A stretch of 64,000 nucleotides of DNA from Alphaproteobacteria bacterium (lineage in GTDB: Bacteria; Pseudomonadota; Alphaproteobacteria; Rickettsiales; UBA3002). Shown here piece by piece: positions 10,288 through 18,522 of the stretch. Position 1 is the first letter of the stretch. Each line of letters opens with the position of its first letter. The translations under genes were made by a program, and so were the position numbers. The stretch spans positions 65,195 through 129,194 of the forward strand of contig JALHRI010000001.1 in NCBI GenBank assembly GCA_022841525.1. The letters run 5' to 3'. The notes beneath the pieces are model-generated. The model searched no databases. It was not told the origin of the DNA and saw nothing but the letters and a program-made list of their open reading frames with translations.

Positions 10288-11142
10288 ATGTCTAGCAGCG
10301 ATTCAGAACATACCATCGCCTTTATGGGCGTGGAAGGGGCGAATGCCGATTTGGCGTGTCGGCAGAACTATCCGTATATGCATACGCTGGCGCTTTCCTC
10401 GTTTGAGGAGGTGTTTGAGGCCGTAGCCGAAGGCCGCGCCAAAACCGCGATGATCCCGATTGAAAATTCGCAGGCCGGACGCGTGGCCGAAATTCATAAT
10501 CTGCTGCCGCGCACCAATCTGCATATTATCGCCGAGCATATGCAGAAGGTGGAGCATCATCTCTACGGGGTGAAAGGTGCCAAGACTGCGGATGTGAAGC
10601 ATGTCTATTCGCACCATCAGGGGCTGCTGCAGTGCCGTAGCTTCATCCGCGAGCATCAGCTTACCACCCATATTCACGATAATACCGCCACCGCCGCGAA
10701 AGATGTGGCTAGCTGGGGCGATGGATCGAAAGCCGCGATTTGCTCGCATCTGGCGGGCAAGCTCTACGGCCTTGATCTTCTTGCTGAGAACATTCACGAC
10801 GCTGAAGATAACGAGACGTTATTCGTGGTGCTGGCCAAAGAAGGTGTCGACCCCGACCCTGCCGACGGCATGGTGCTCACCAGTCTTTTGTTTACCCTGC
10901 GCCATATTCCGGCGGCGCTGTATAAAGCGCTGGGCGGGTTTGCGACCAACGGCATTAACATGCTGAAACTGGAGAGCTACATTCGCGCAGGCGCTCAGCC
11001 CAGCGCGCAATTCTTCATGACGTTTGAGGGAAGCCCCAGCCAGCGCCATGTGCAGCTGGCGCTCGAAGAGCTGGGCTTTTTCACCCACAAAGTCTCGGTG
11101 CTCGGCGTTTATCCGGCGGATGCCTCGCGCGGGGCGGAATAG
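10288..11142 (+). CDS. pheA: Prephenate dehydratase
   Basis: 284 aa with a PDT domain (IAFMGVEGANADLA..IPIENSQAGRV) and a C-terminal ACT-like region. Confidence 0.88.
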   Translation: MSSSDSEHTIAFMGVEGANADLACRQNYPYMHTLALSSFEEVFEAVAEGRAKTAMIPIENSQAGRVAEIHNLLPRTNLHIIAEHMQKVEHHLYGVKGAKTADVKHVYSHHQGLLQCRSFIREHQLTTHIHDNTATAAKDVASWGDGSKAAICSHLAGKLYGLDLLAENIHDAEDNETLFVVLAKEGVDPDPADGMVLTSLLFTLRHIPAALYKALGGFATNGINMLKLESYIRAGAQPSAQFFMTFEGSPSQRHVQLALEELGFFTHKVSVLGVYPADASRGAE

Positions 11143-11153
11143 GCAAATTAATT

Positions 11154-11630
11154 TTACCCGAGGCTTTTGGCCTGTTCTTGAAGTATAGCTTCAACCCGCG
11201 CCGGTAAGTCGCAGTTAGCTTTGTCGATGATTCGGTCTGCTGGAATACCCAACTTCCGTGCTGTTGTAGTATTGGACTTACTAACGGTGATCTGTTCAGG
11301 GACGCTCGTATGCAGAATGATGGGTGTGTGTTTTGCACCGGCCATTTGGCGGATTTTTTTGGCAACACCTAGGCCGGTGACGTGCTTCATATCATAATCA
11401 GTAATGATGATGTCTGCCTTGCTAATTTTGATTTCCAATTGCTTGGGGAAAGCATACGGTGCGGTTGTAAACGCCTCCGGCACAACTGTAAGCTTGCAGC
11501 GGTCTAGGTGATTTGCAGGAATATCCTTAGTTACATGCACCGTGGTGACGTCGTGACCAGCCCCCTCAAGCGCTATCTTACTTACCACCAAAACATCCGC
11601 ATCATCATCAATTATTACAATTTTTGCCAC
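11154..11630 (-). CDS. Stand-alone response-regulator receiver protein with an internal insertion
   Basis: IVIIDDDAD acidic pocket, DIIITDYDM candidate phospho-Asp, ILHTS and DKA motifs. An extra segment of about 25 aa lies between the first two. Visibly more AT-rich than its neighbours. Confidence 0.6.
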   Translation of the reverse strand: MAKIVIIDDDADVLVVSKIALEGAGHDVTTVHVTKDIPANHLDRCKLTVVPEAFTTAPYAFPKQLEIKISKADIIITDYDMKHVTGLGVAKKIRQMAGAKHTPIILHTSVPEQITVSKSNTTTARKLGIPADRIIDKANCDLPARVEAILQEQAKSLG

Positions 11631-11717
11631 AAATTAAACTCCAGGTTGAATCGCTATCCTAGATTTAATCCTAAAAATATTAAGTTTTTGTGACAAGCCA
11701 TAAAAAAATGGCGGGTA

Positions 11718-12863
11718 TTATTCCCTCCAGCTCATCGGATATTCCGGCACATCCAGCGCCATGGCTTCTTGCGTGATTTCCACCGCGTCGCGGGTGTCGA
11801 TCATCACGGCGAGTTCATCGAGCATATGCACCGGCGCATCTGGTTTGCGATTCTTCTCTGCTGCTTCAGCCAGTGCGAAGGCTTTCGGGTGTGGCCCATG
11901 CGCAAAGCCCGCCGGATGCAGGGTGAGCATGCCCGGATGGATATTATCGCGGCTGAAAAACTTGCCCATATGGTAGAAAATAATCTCATCAAAATCGTTG
12001 TTGGAATGGTAAAACGGCACTTTCAACGCCCCCGGATCCATCTCGGCGGGGCGGGGTGCGAAGGTGCACACCACAAAGCGGTTGCCGATAAAGGTGGTAT
12101 GTGCCGATGGTGGCAGGTGGTAACGGTGGCTCATCAGCGGCCTGATGTCACGCCAGTTAATGCGCACCGGTAGATGATCGCCGTGCCAACCGGTGGTATC
12201 GAGCGGATTGAACGGGAAGGTGACGGTGGTGAATGTGCCGCGCGAACGCATCACCACGTTCCACTCGCGCTCATCTTTTTGGGCTTCGAAGGCCTCATTC
12301 AGCGCCGGAACATCCAGCATGGCGGCATCGAACACGGCGTGTTCGCCGAGCATGCCTTTATCGGGTAGCCTATAGCCATCCGACTTCGATTCGATCAGCA
12401 AGATGCGCGCATGGCCATGACAGTTCACCCGCCATTTCAGGCCGCGCGGCAGCACGATATAATCACCCTCACGGAAGCTCAGATGGCCAAAATCGCAAAA
12501 TAAATCGCCGGAGCCTTCGTGAATGAATAGCAGCTCATCGCTATCAGCATTGGTGACGAGGTGATCCATAGTGCCCGATGTGATCCACATGCGCACCGAG
12601 CAGGCGTGGTTGTGAAACAGTGGCACCGCGTGCCAGGGCGAACTGGTGGCGGATTTCAGATTGCGCAGGTCAAAGGCGTAGGGGCGAAGATCACCCTCCC
12701 ACTTCACCCATCCGGTGGGCTTATGGCGATGGTGAAGATGCGAGCAGGGGCCGAAAAACCCCTCACGGCCAAACTCGCGCTCATAGGTGCCCTCTGGCAA
12801 ATCGCAGTGCGCCTGGCGCGAATGGGTGCCGGCGGAGCGTGGGAAACTAATGTATTTTTTCAT
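11718..12863 (-). CDS. hmgA: Homogentisate 1,2-dioxygenase family protein (short ~380-aa form)
   Basis: Resembles the HgmA family from memory (EREFGREGFFGP.., PFYHSNNDFDE, LHPAGFAHGPHP). ATG at 12863 preferred over the upstream ORF extension. Confidence 0.6.
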   Translation of the reverse strand: MKKYISFPRSAGTHSRQAHCDLPEGTYEREFGREGFFGPCSHLHHRHKPTGWVKWEGDLRPYAFDLRNLKSATSSPWHAVPLFHNHACSVRMWITSGTMDHLVTNADSDELLFIHEGSGDLFCDFGHLSFREGDYIVLPRGLKWRVNCHGHARILLIESKSDGYRLPDKGMLGEHAVFDAAMLDVPALNEAFEAQKDEREWNVVMRSRGTFTTVTFPFNPLDTTGWHGDHLPVRINWRDIRPLMSHRYHLPPSAHTTFIGNRFVVCTFAPRPAEMDPGALKVPFYHSNNDFDEIIFYHMGKFFSRDNIHPGMLTLHPAGFAHGPHPKAFALAEAAEKNRKPDAPVHMLDELAVMIDTRDAVEITQEAMALDVPEYPMSWRE

Positions 12864-12947
12864 AAGGATACTCGCTATTTGTACAGGGGATACCGTTAGC
12901 AAACACAGAGCAGGCGGGCAAGTGCTGCAAAATTGCATGGTTTTTCC

Positions 12948-12975
12948 TTGACGCGCCCGCATTTGGCGCTATGGT
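12948..12975 (+). promoter_or_regulatory. Candidate housekeeping-sigma promoter of rpsD
   Basis: TTGACG (12948-12953), 16-nt spacer, TATGGT (12970-12975). Also reads TTGACGC..GCTA like Caulobacter-type promoters. About 90 bp upstream of the rpsD ATG. Confidence 0.35.
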
Positions 12976-13063
12976 GCCGCCTCTTTTCGGGGTCAAGCGC
13001 ATATTCCCCTTGCCCGAACTGATTGAAAAAACTGTGGGAATAGAATGAGTTGCAGGAGTACCT

Positions 13064-13684
13064 ATGTCGAAACGTTCTAACGTAAAATACAAAATATCGC
13101 GCCATTTGGGCGTGAATCTCTGGGGTCGTGCGAAAGACCCGATTAATCGCCGTGCGTATGGCCCAGGCCAGCATGGCAGCGCCAATACCCGTAAAAAACT
13201 GTCCGATTACGGCACCCAGTTGCGCGAGAAGCAAAAGCTCAAAGCCTATTACGGCAACATTACTGAGAAGCAGTTTTATAAAATTTACGTCGAAGCCGTG
13301 CGCCAGAAAGGCGATACGTCGGAAAATCTGCTCGGGCTGCTGGAAAGCCGTCTGGATGCGGTGATTTACCGCATGTGCGTGGTGCCGACGGTGTTTGCGG
13401 CGCGTCAGCTTGTGAATCATGGTCACGTAAAAGTGAATGGCAAGCGCGTGAACATCCCAAGCTACAACGTGAAAGAAGGCGATGTGATTGAACTGCGCGA
13501 GAAAGCCAAGCAAATGGCGCTGGTGCTGGAAGCCGTGCAATCGCCCGAGCGCGATGTGCCTGAATATATCGAGATGGACAGCAAAGCCATGCGCGCCACC
13601 TTTGCGCGTAAGCCTAAGCTGATGGATATTCCTTATCCCGTGAAGATGGAACCCAATCTGGTGGTGGAATTCTACTCACGCTAA
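13064..13684 (+). CDS. rpsD: 30S ribosomal protein S4
   Basis: 206 aa; typical S4 N-terminus and S4 RNA-binding domain. aggag RBS at 13054-13058. Confidence 0.95.
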   Translation: MSKRSNVKYKISRHLGVNLWGRAKDPINRRAYGPGQHGSANTRKKLSDYGTQLREKQKLKAYYGNITEKQFYKIYVEAVRQKGDTSENLLGLLESRLDAVIYRMCVVPTVFAARQLVNHGHVKVNGKRVNIPSYNVKEGDVIELREKAKQMALVLEAVQSPERDVPEYIEMDSKAMRATFARKPKLMDIPYPVKMEPNLVVEFYSR

Positions 13685-13723
13685 GTAATGATGCCCGCAC
13701 TCGGGCATTATCTCCCTGAACTT

Positions 13724-13759
13724 GGGGCTGCTTTTCTGATAGGAAATGCAGCCCTTTTT
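13724..13759 (+). terminator. Rho-independent terminator after rpsD
   Basis: ggggctgc / gcagccc stem followed by T5. A small hairpin lies upstream at 13691-13708. Confidence 0.6.
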
Positions 13760-13773
13760 GTTATGATGTACGG

Positions 13774-14295
13774 ATGACTGACAGCGAGCCGTACAAACAC
13801 CTCACCAGCAGCGACATCGAAGTGATTCTGCGCGATAAGGCGGCAGAGCTTGCTGATCTGATGAGGGCCGTCGCCAGCGGCGATCAGGATATTGATCTGA
13901 AAATCGCCGAGATGTTAGAGGGCGAGCCAGAGCATGTGCGCATCGCGATCATCGAGAAAGTGAAAGAAGCACTGGCCGAAAAAGAGGCCGAGCGTAGCCG
14001 CAAAATTGAAGAAGAACGCGTGCTGCAAAAGCGGCAAGTGCTTGAGCAGCAGCGAATGAATTTTCGTCAGTGGCTGATGTGGATTATGTCGGAAGATACG
14101 CTGCGCCGCCTGCGCGATACGTTTGCAATTCAGCCTATCCTTGAGTTAAAAGTCAAAAATATCGGCCTGGATTTATTCCGCCGCGGCGTACTGGTGCAAA
14201 CCCAGCTACCCGATAAGCAGGATTTGGGCAGTTTATCGGCATCTATTCAGCGTCAGCAAGGCCAAGGCCGCGAGACCGATAAAGGGCGCGGATGA
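13774..14295 (+). CDS. Hypothetical protein (charged, coiled-coil-like)
   Basis: 173-aa ORF with no family recognised. Followed directly by a sub-family B palindromic element. Confidence 0.45.
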   Translation: MTDSEPYKHLTSSDIEVILRDKAAELADLMRAVASGDQDIDLKIAEMLEGEPEHVRIAIIEKVKEALAEKEAERSRKIEEERVLQKRQVLEQQRMNFRQWLMWIMSEDTLRRLRDTFAIQPILELKVKNIGLDLFRRGVLVQTQLPDKQDLGSLSASIQRQQGQGRETDKGRG

Positions 14296-14302
14296 TCTGT
14301 AT

Positions 14303-14378
14303 GTCATTGCGAGCGATAGCGAAGCAATCCACGCTGTAGTTTCTGGATTGCTTCGTCGCCAGCGCTCCTCGCAATGAC
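14303..14378. repeat. Palindromic intergenic element, sub-family B (gtcattgcgag..gaagcaatcc / ggattgcttcg..ctcgcaatgac)
   Basis: Near-perfect inverted arms. Relatives at 26828-26936 and 26951-27115. Confidence 0.85.
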
Positions 14379-14413
14379 AACAAAAACCGCCTGCGCAAAA
14401 TCACGTCAACACG

Positions 14414-15805
14414 TTATGCTTTCTGGCTTAATTTGCGGTAGAGTGTGGATTGACCAATGTTCAGCGCCGCTGCTGATTTGGGCACGTGGTCGTCGTAAAA
14501 CGCCAGTGTTTTCTCAATGATTTCTGCCTCCAGCTCATCCATCGATTTGCGTGTGCCGCTGGGGTGGCTAAGCATCAGCGCATCCTGAGTATTCAGTGTC
14601 TCTACCACTTCACTAAGCCGCGCGGGCTGAAGTAGCGGCGTAATATCTTCCGCGCTAATTTCCTCGCGCGCAGAAAGCAGCATGGCGCGTGAGATGCAAT
14701 TTTCCAGCTCGCGCACATTGCCCGGCCAGCGGTAATCGCGCAGCGTCTGCAGCGCGGACGGGGTAAATATTCTTCGCGCTACTCCTTCCTGTGCGCTCAG
14801 GCGCTCCGCAAAAAAATGGATCAGTGGCTCGATGTCCTGTGTTCGCTCACGCAAAGGCGGCAGATGCACCGGCAACACGTTGAGGCGGTAAAACAAATCT
14901 TCGCGGAAACTGCCTTGCCCCACATCATCCGCCAGGTCGCGGTGGGTGGCGGAAATAATGCGTATATCCACCGGTACGCTGGCGGGAAGCCCCACCGGCT
15001 CGATCTCTTTATTTTGCAGCGCGCGAAGTAACTTGGCCTGAACTTCCGGTGCTAGCTCGCCAATTTCATCGAGAAATAAGGTGCCGCCACTGGCCTCGCG
15101 GAATTTGCCAAGTGATTTGGCAATCGCGCCGGTAAAGGCACCTTTTTCATGGCCAAATAGCACGCTTTCCGCGAGATTTTGTGGAATCGCGCCGCAGTTA
15201 ATCGCCACGAACGGCTTGCCTGAGCGTTTGCTTTCGCCGTGCAGCGCGCGGGCGTAGGCTTCTTTGCCAACGCCGGATTCACCCGTAATCAGCACCGGCA
15301 GGTCCGATGCGGCGAGCTTGCGCCCCACGTCAATGCAGCCTTTTAGGCCACCATCGCTGCCGATCAGGCGCTCAAACCCTGACTCTCCCGCCGCATCGCG
15401 CTTGAGGCGCGTGATCTCGCGCTGCATGGCGCGTGCCTGCACGGCCTGCTGAATGGAAAGATGCAACCTGGAGGGGATAATCGGTTTCGAGATAAAATCG
15501 TAGGCGCCAGCGCGCACGCAGGCAACCGCATCTTCCATTTCGTTGCTCATACTCAGCACGATCATCGGCAGTGCAGGCAGGCGCATTTTGGTTTTTTCAA
15601 TCAGACTCAGGCCGTTCATTTTCGGCATTTGCAAATCGGTGATGAGCAGGTCAATCAGCGTATGCGCGTCCTCGCGCAGGATCGATTGCATCGCCTCTTC
15701 ACCGTTGGAAGCGGCGATGACGCGGTGCCCCTCGCGTTCCAGCACGCTTTGCAGCGTCTGGCGCTGTGAGGGTTCGTCTTCGGCAATTAAAATGGTCAGG
15801 CTCAT
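14414..15805 (-). CDS. Sigma-54-dependent Fis-family response regulator (NtrC class)
   Basis: Canonical receiver (ILIAEDEP, LLITDLQMP, ISKP), AAA+ domain (GESGVGKE, GAFTGA), C-terminal HTH. Start set at MSLTILIAEDE (ATG 15805), not at the 595-aa ORF start. Confidence 0.88.
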   Translation of the reverse strand: MSLTILIAEDEPSQRQTLQSVLEREGHRVIAASNGEEAMQSILREDAHTLIDLLITDLQMPKMNGLSLIEKTKMRLPALPMIVLSMSNEMEDAVACVRAGAYDFISKPIIPSRLHLSIQQAVQARAMQREITRLKRDAAGESGFERLIGSDGGLKGCIDVGRKLAASDLPVLITGESGVGKEAYARALHGESKRSGKPFVAINCGAIPQNLAESVLFGHEKGAFTGAIAKSLGKFREASGGTLFLDEIGELAPEVQAKLLRALQNKEIEPVGLPASVPVDIRIISATHRDLADDVGQGSFREDLFYRLNVLPVHLPPLRERTQDIEPLIHFFAERLSAQEGVARRIFTPSALQTLRDYRWPGNVRELENCISRAMLLSAREEISAEDITPLLQPARLSEVVETLNTQDALMLSHPSGTRKSMDELEAEIIEKTLAFYDDHVPKSAAALNIGQSTLYRKLSQKA

Positions 15806-16129
15806 GGCAGCGAAGTTGTAGTAAGAGATTGTGAAATTCAAGCTCAAGTTGAGTTCGTGGGGCTGATTGCACTGCAATTTTGATAAAACTGTTATAAAAT
15901 CTTCATTTACGCGGCTTGGTTTATGAGGCAGAGCAATAGAGTGGAATATAAGGCAGCACCATAAGCCCAAACTAGCGCGGCGGTATCTGCCGATCCGGAT
16001 AACGTGTCCCTCTTTTATGTTACTCGCGCAGGAGTTGGCCTTCCCTCCCGCTTGCGAGAGAGCATTGGGTGAGGGGCTTTTTATGTGCATCGCCTGAATC
16101 GCTCCCCGCGATTCTAGGACGATCCATCT

Positions 16130-16212
16130 GGACTGCCCTAGAATTTGTGCTGCAAATTCAGGCAGTGACGGTTCGGTGCAGACCACGGTGTTTGCAAGCA
16201 AAATCAGGGTGA
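16130..16212. repeat. Two tandem sub-family E palindromic elements (inverted relative to 4512-4570)
   Basis: 16130-16169 is the reverse complement of the 4512-4553 core. 16177-16212 (gtgcagaccacggtgtttgcaagcaaaatcagggtgat) matches 30741-30781. Confidence 0.75.
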
Positions 16213-16283
16213 TAGTTTATCGCAGGTTTTGTCATCAAACTGTCATAGTCTTTCGTTATGTATCTCCGCATAGGAGATTTTTT

Positions 16284-16877
16284 ATGACAATAAGACCAAG
16301 TGTAACAGGTGTCATAACTAATGGAACAATCCATCAACCAGTCTTATCTATTGATGAGTCAATGAAACAGATTCATCAGCACTTGGATTTGATAGATAAA
16401 GCCTCTGAAGATCTTGTTGGATTATTTACTGGTAAAAAAGTAGGCGATTCTGATCCTGAGCGTGGTTGGATAAGTAATGTTGATATGGGAACCCATATTG
16501 TAGGCGAGTTGAACAACCTATGTCTTTCACAGGCTCTATCACAGAAAAGATGCGGTAATTCTGAGGTATCTGCTACTGGGTGGTCTATTGGATTTTATGT
16601 TCAATGTATTGATGTAGAAATGAAAAAACCTAGGCACCTTATACGGGATCAAGAGATTGCAAAATGGCTTAGAAAGATTGTTGCTGTCTACCAAGAAAGC
16701 AGCGATAACGGCAGATATGCTGCAGTAAACAGCCATATTGAATACTCGTTACCTATAGATGAAAGACCTAAAGCTCAGGATTATATGCGGCATTTTCACG
16801 ACAACTGTCGTGCCATCGCCACCATTGCCCAACAACAGCTTGAGCAAAGAGGTCTGGGGTTTGTAGCCCCAGGTTGA
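16284..16877 (+). CDS. Hypothetical protein (AT-rich orphan)
   Basis: 197-aa ORF with aggag RBS (16272-16276) and ATG at 16284. Clearly more AT-rich than surrounding genes. No family recognised. Confidence 0.5.
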   Translation: MTIRPSVTGVITNGTIHQPVLSIDESMKQIHQHLDLIDKASEDLVGLFTGKKVGDSDPERGWISNVDMGTHIVGELNNLCLSQALSQKRCGNSEVSATGWSIGFYVQCIDVEMKKPRHLIRDQEIAKWLRKIVAVYQESSDNGRYAAVNSHIEYSLPIDERPKAQDYMRHFHDNCRAIATIAQQQLEQRGLGFVAPG

Positions 16878-16937
16878 TTTTAAGCTCCGTAATCCTCAGA
16901 GTCATAGTTTTTTTAACATTAGTTTTACCCGCCAGCT

Positions 16938-17012
16938 GTCACCCCGGCTTTATGCCGGGGTCTGCGCCATGTTATATTTGGGCGCGGACGGCCGTGACAA
17001 GCACGGCATGAC
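16938..17012. repeat. Palindromic intergenic element, sub-family D (gtcaccccggc..gccggggtc..ggcgcggac..gccgtgac..ggcatgac)
   Basis: Nested inverted repeats with GTCAC / ATGAC caps. Confidence 0.75.
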
Positions 17013-17031
17013 AATAGAACTTATTTCTCCA

Positions 17032-17052
17032 CTCGACTCTCGACTCTCGACT
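17032..17052. repeat. 7-bp microsatellite (ctcgact)x3 just upstream of aroC
   Basis: Three perfect tandem units, 17 bp before the aroC ATG. Confidence 0.85.
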
Positions 17053-17068
17053 CTATAAAACGCTCTTC

Positions 17069-18346
17069 ATGGCATCGAATTCGTTTGGCACTGTGTTTCG
17101 TTTCACCACGTGGGGAGAATCCCACGGCGAGGCGATCGGCTGTGTGATTGATGGCTGCCCTTCGCGCATCCCTTTAAGCGAGGCCGATATTCAGCCGTTT
17201 CTGGATGCGCGCAAGCCCGGTCAAAACAAATTCACCACCCAGCGTAAAGAACCCGACACGGTGAAAATTCTCTCGGGCGTGTATGAAGGCCTGACGACTG
17301 GCACGCCGATCAGCCTGATTATTTACAACGAAGATCAGCGCTCGAAAGACTATTCCGAGATTGCAAACAGCTTTCGCCCGGGCCATGCTGATTACACCTA
17401 TCAAGTGAAATATGGCCACCGCGATCCGCGCGGCGGCGGGCGCTCATCCGCGCGCGAAACCGCCATGCGCGTGGCGGCCGGTGCGGTGGCGCGGAAGGTG
17501 ATTGCTTCGATAAGCAACCAGGATTCAGGATTCAGGATTCAGGAAGAAGGCTCCTCCCCCCCTAGCGGGGGGAGGTTGGGAGGGGGGGGCGTAGAAGGAT
17601 TCGTGTCCATGCAAACTCCCCCACCCCAACCCTCCCCCGTAAAGGGGGAGGGAGTCTCTCTGGGCTCTCCACGGATTATCGGTTATGTCGTGGAAATGGG
17701 CGGCGACGGGATTGACCGCGCGAAGTTTGATGCAGACGAAATCAGCCGCAACCCGTTTTGGTGTCCGGATGCGGATGCGGCCGCGCGCTGGGCGGTGATG
17801 CTGGATGATGCCCGCAAAAGCGGATCATCGCTGGGTGCCGTTATTGAAGTGGTGGCCGAAGGTGTGCCTGCCGGTTTGGGCGAGCCGATTTATGATAAAC
17901 TCGATAGCGATTTAGCCCGTGCGATGATGAGCATTAACGCGGTAAAAGCCGTAGAAATTGGCGATGGCTTTGCCGCTGCGCGTTTGCGGGGTGAGGAAAA
18001 TGCGGATCGCATGAGGATGCAGGATTCAGCATCCGGCATTCAGGATTCAGGGAAAAAGCTGAATGCCGAATCCCGAATCCCGACCCCTCAGTTTCTTTCC
18101 AACCATGCCGGCGGTATTTTAGGTGGCATTTCCAGCGGTCAGCCGATTATTGTGCGCTTTGCGGTGAAGCCTACCAGCAGCATTCTCACGCCGGTAGAAA
18201 CCATCACCGCAACTGGCGAGAACACCGAAATCATCACCAAAGGTCGGCATGACCCGTGCGTGGGCATCCGCGCCGTGCCCGTGGGCGAGGCGATGATGGC
18301 CTGCGTACTCGCCGATCATCTGCTGCGGTTTAGAGCGTATAGCTAA
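17069..18346 (+). CDS. aroC: Chorismate synthase carrying two in-frame repeat insertions
   Basis: [34 protein letters not shown] and GRHDPCV motifs. 425 aa, longer than the ~360 aa I expect for bacterial chorismate synthases; the excess maps to two repeat segments. Confidence 0.93.
   Translation: MASNSFGTVFRFTTWGESHGEAIGCVIDGCPSRIPLSEADIQPFLDARKPGQNKFTTQRKEPDTVKILSGVYEGLTTGTPISLIIYNEDQRSKDYSEIANSFRPGHADYTYQVKYGHRDPRGGGRSSARETAMRVAAGAVARKVIASISNQDSGFRIQEEGSSPPSGGRLGGGGVEGFVSMQTPPPQPSPVKGEGVSLGSPRIIGYVVEMGGDGIDRAKFDADEISRNPFWCPDADAAARWAVMLDDARKSGSSLGAVIEVVAEGVPAGLGEPIYDKLDSDLARAMMSINAVKAVEIGDGFAAARLRGEENADRMRMQDSASGIQDSGKKLNAESRIPTPQFLSNHAGGILGGISSGQPIIVRFAVKPTSSILTPVETITATGENTEIITKGRHDPCVGIRAVPVGEAMMACVLADHLLRFRAYS
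17510..17671. repeat. In-frame insertion 1 in aroC: (ggattca)x3 plus two G/C-rich hairpins
   Basis: ggattca x3 at 17521-17541. Hairpins cctcccccc/ggggggagg (17553-17575) and ccctccccc/gggggaggg (17630-17652). Encodes [54 protein letters not shown]. Confidence 0.8.
18017..18085. repeat. In-frame insertion 2 in aroC: ggattc/gaatcc palindrome
   Basis: cggcattcag / ctgaatgccg arms (18034-18043 / 18059-18068), flanked by ggattc and gaatcc copies. Encodes [23 protein letters not shown], just before the conserved FLSNHAGG motif. Confidence 0.75.
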
Positions 18347-18409
18347 GAGGTTACAGGTTTTAGCTTCTTGAACCTAAGAAAATGCGACCCATATGGTTAG
18401 TATATTTTT

Positions 18410-18499
18410 GTCATCCCTGAGCTAGCGGAGTTGCCATGCAAGGCATGGCTTACGAAGCTTCATCGGGGATCTTTAGATTCCCGCCTGCGCGGGAATGAC
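18410..18499. repeat. Palindromic intergenic element, sub-family C (gtcatccctgag .. gcgggaatgac)
   Basis: GTCAT / ATGAC caps and an internal gccatgc/gcatggc hairpin. Relative at 26146-26212. Confidence 0.7.
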
Positions 18500-18522
18500 G
18501 AGTAAAAACTAAGGAGACCACT

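Noticed and set aside
15859-15868. ggggctgatt, identical to the 5' end of tmRNA (ssrA)
   Set aside because: Only a 10-nt match. No T-arm or acceptor 3' strand, no tag reading frame and no permuted-ssrA partner segment was seen nearby.
16179-16196. cagaccacggtgtttgca (and its copy near 30746-30763) resembles a sigma-54 -24/-12 element
   Set aside because: The invariant GG of the -24 box is missing (AC instead). The motif is part of a dispersed repeat rather than specific to a promoter context.
14414-16201. 595-aa ORF suggesting a long N-terminal extension of the sigma-54 response regulator
   Set aside because: The first 132 codons run through repeat elements and non-coding-looking DNA. The receiver domain begins exactly at MSLTILIAEDE (ATG 15805). 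The extension starts inside an E-type repeat.
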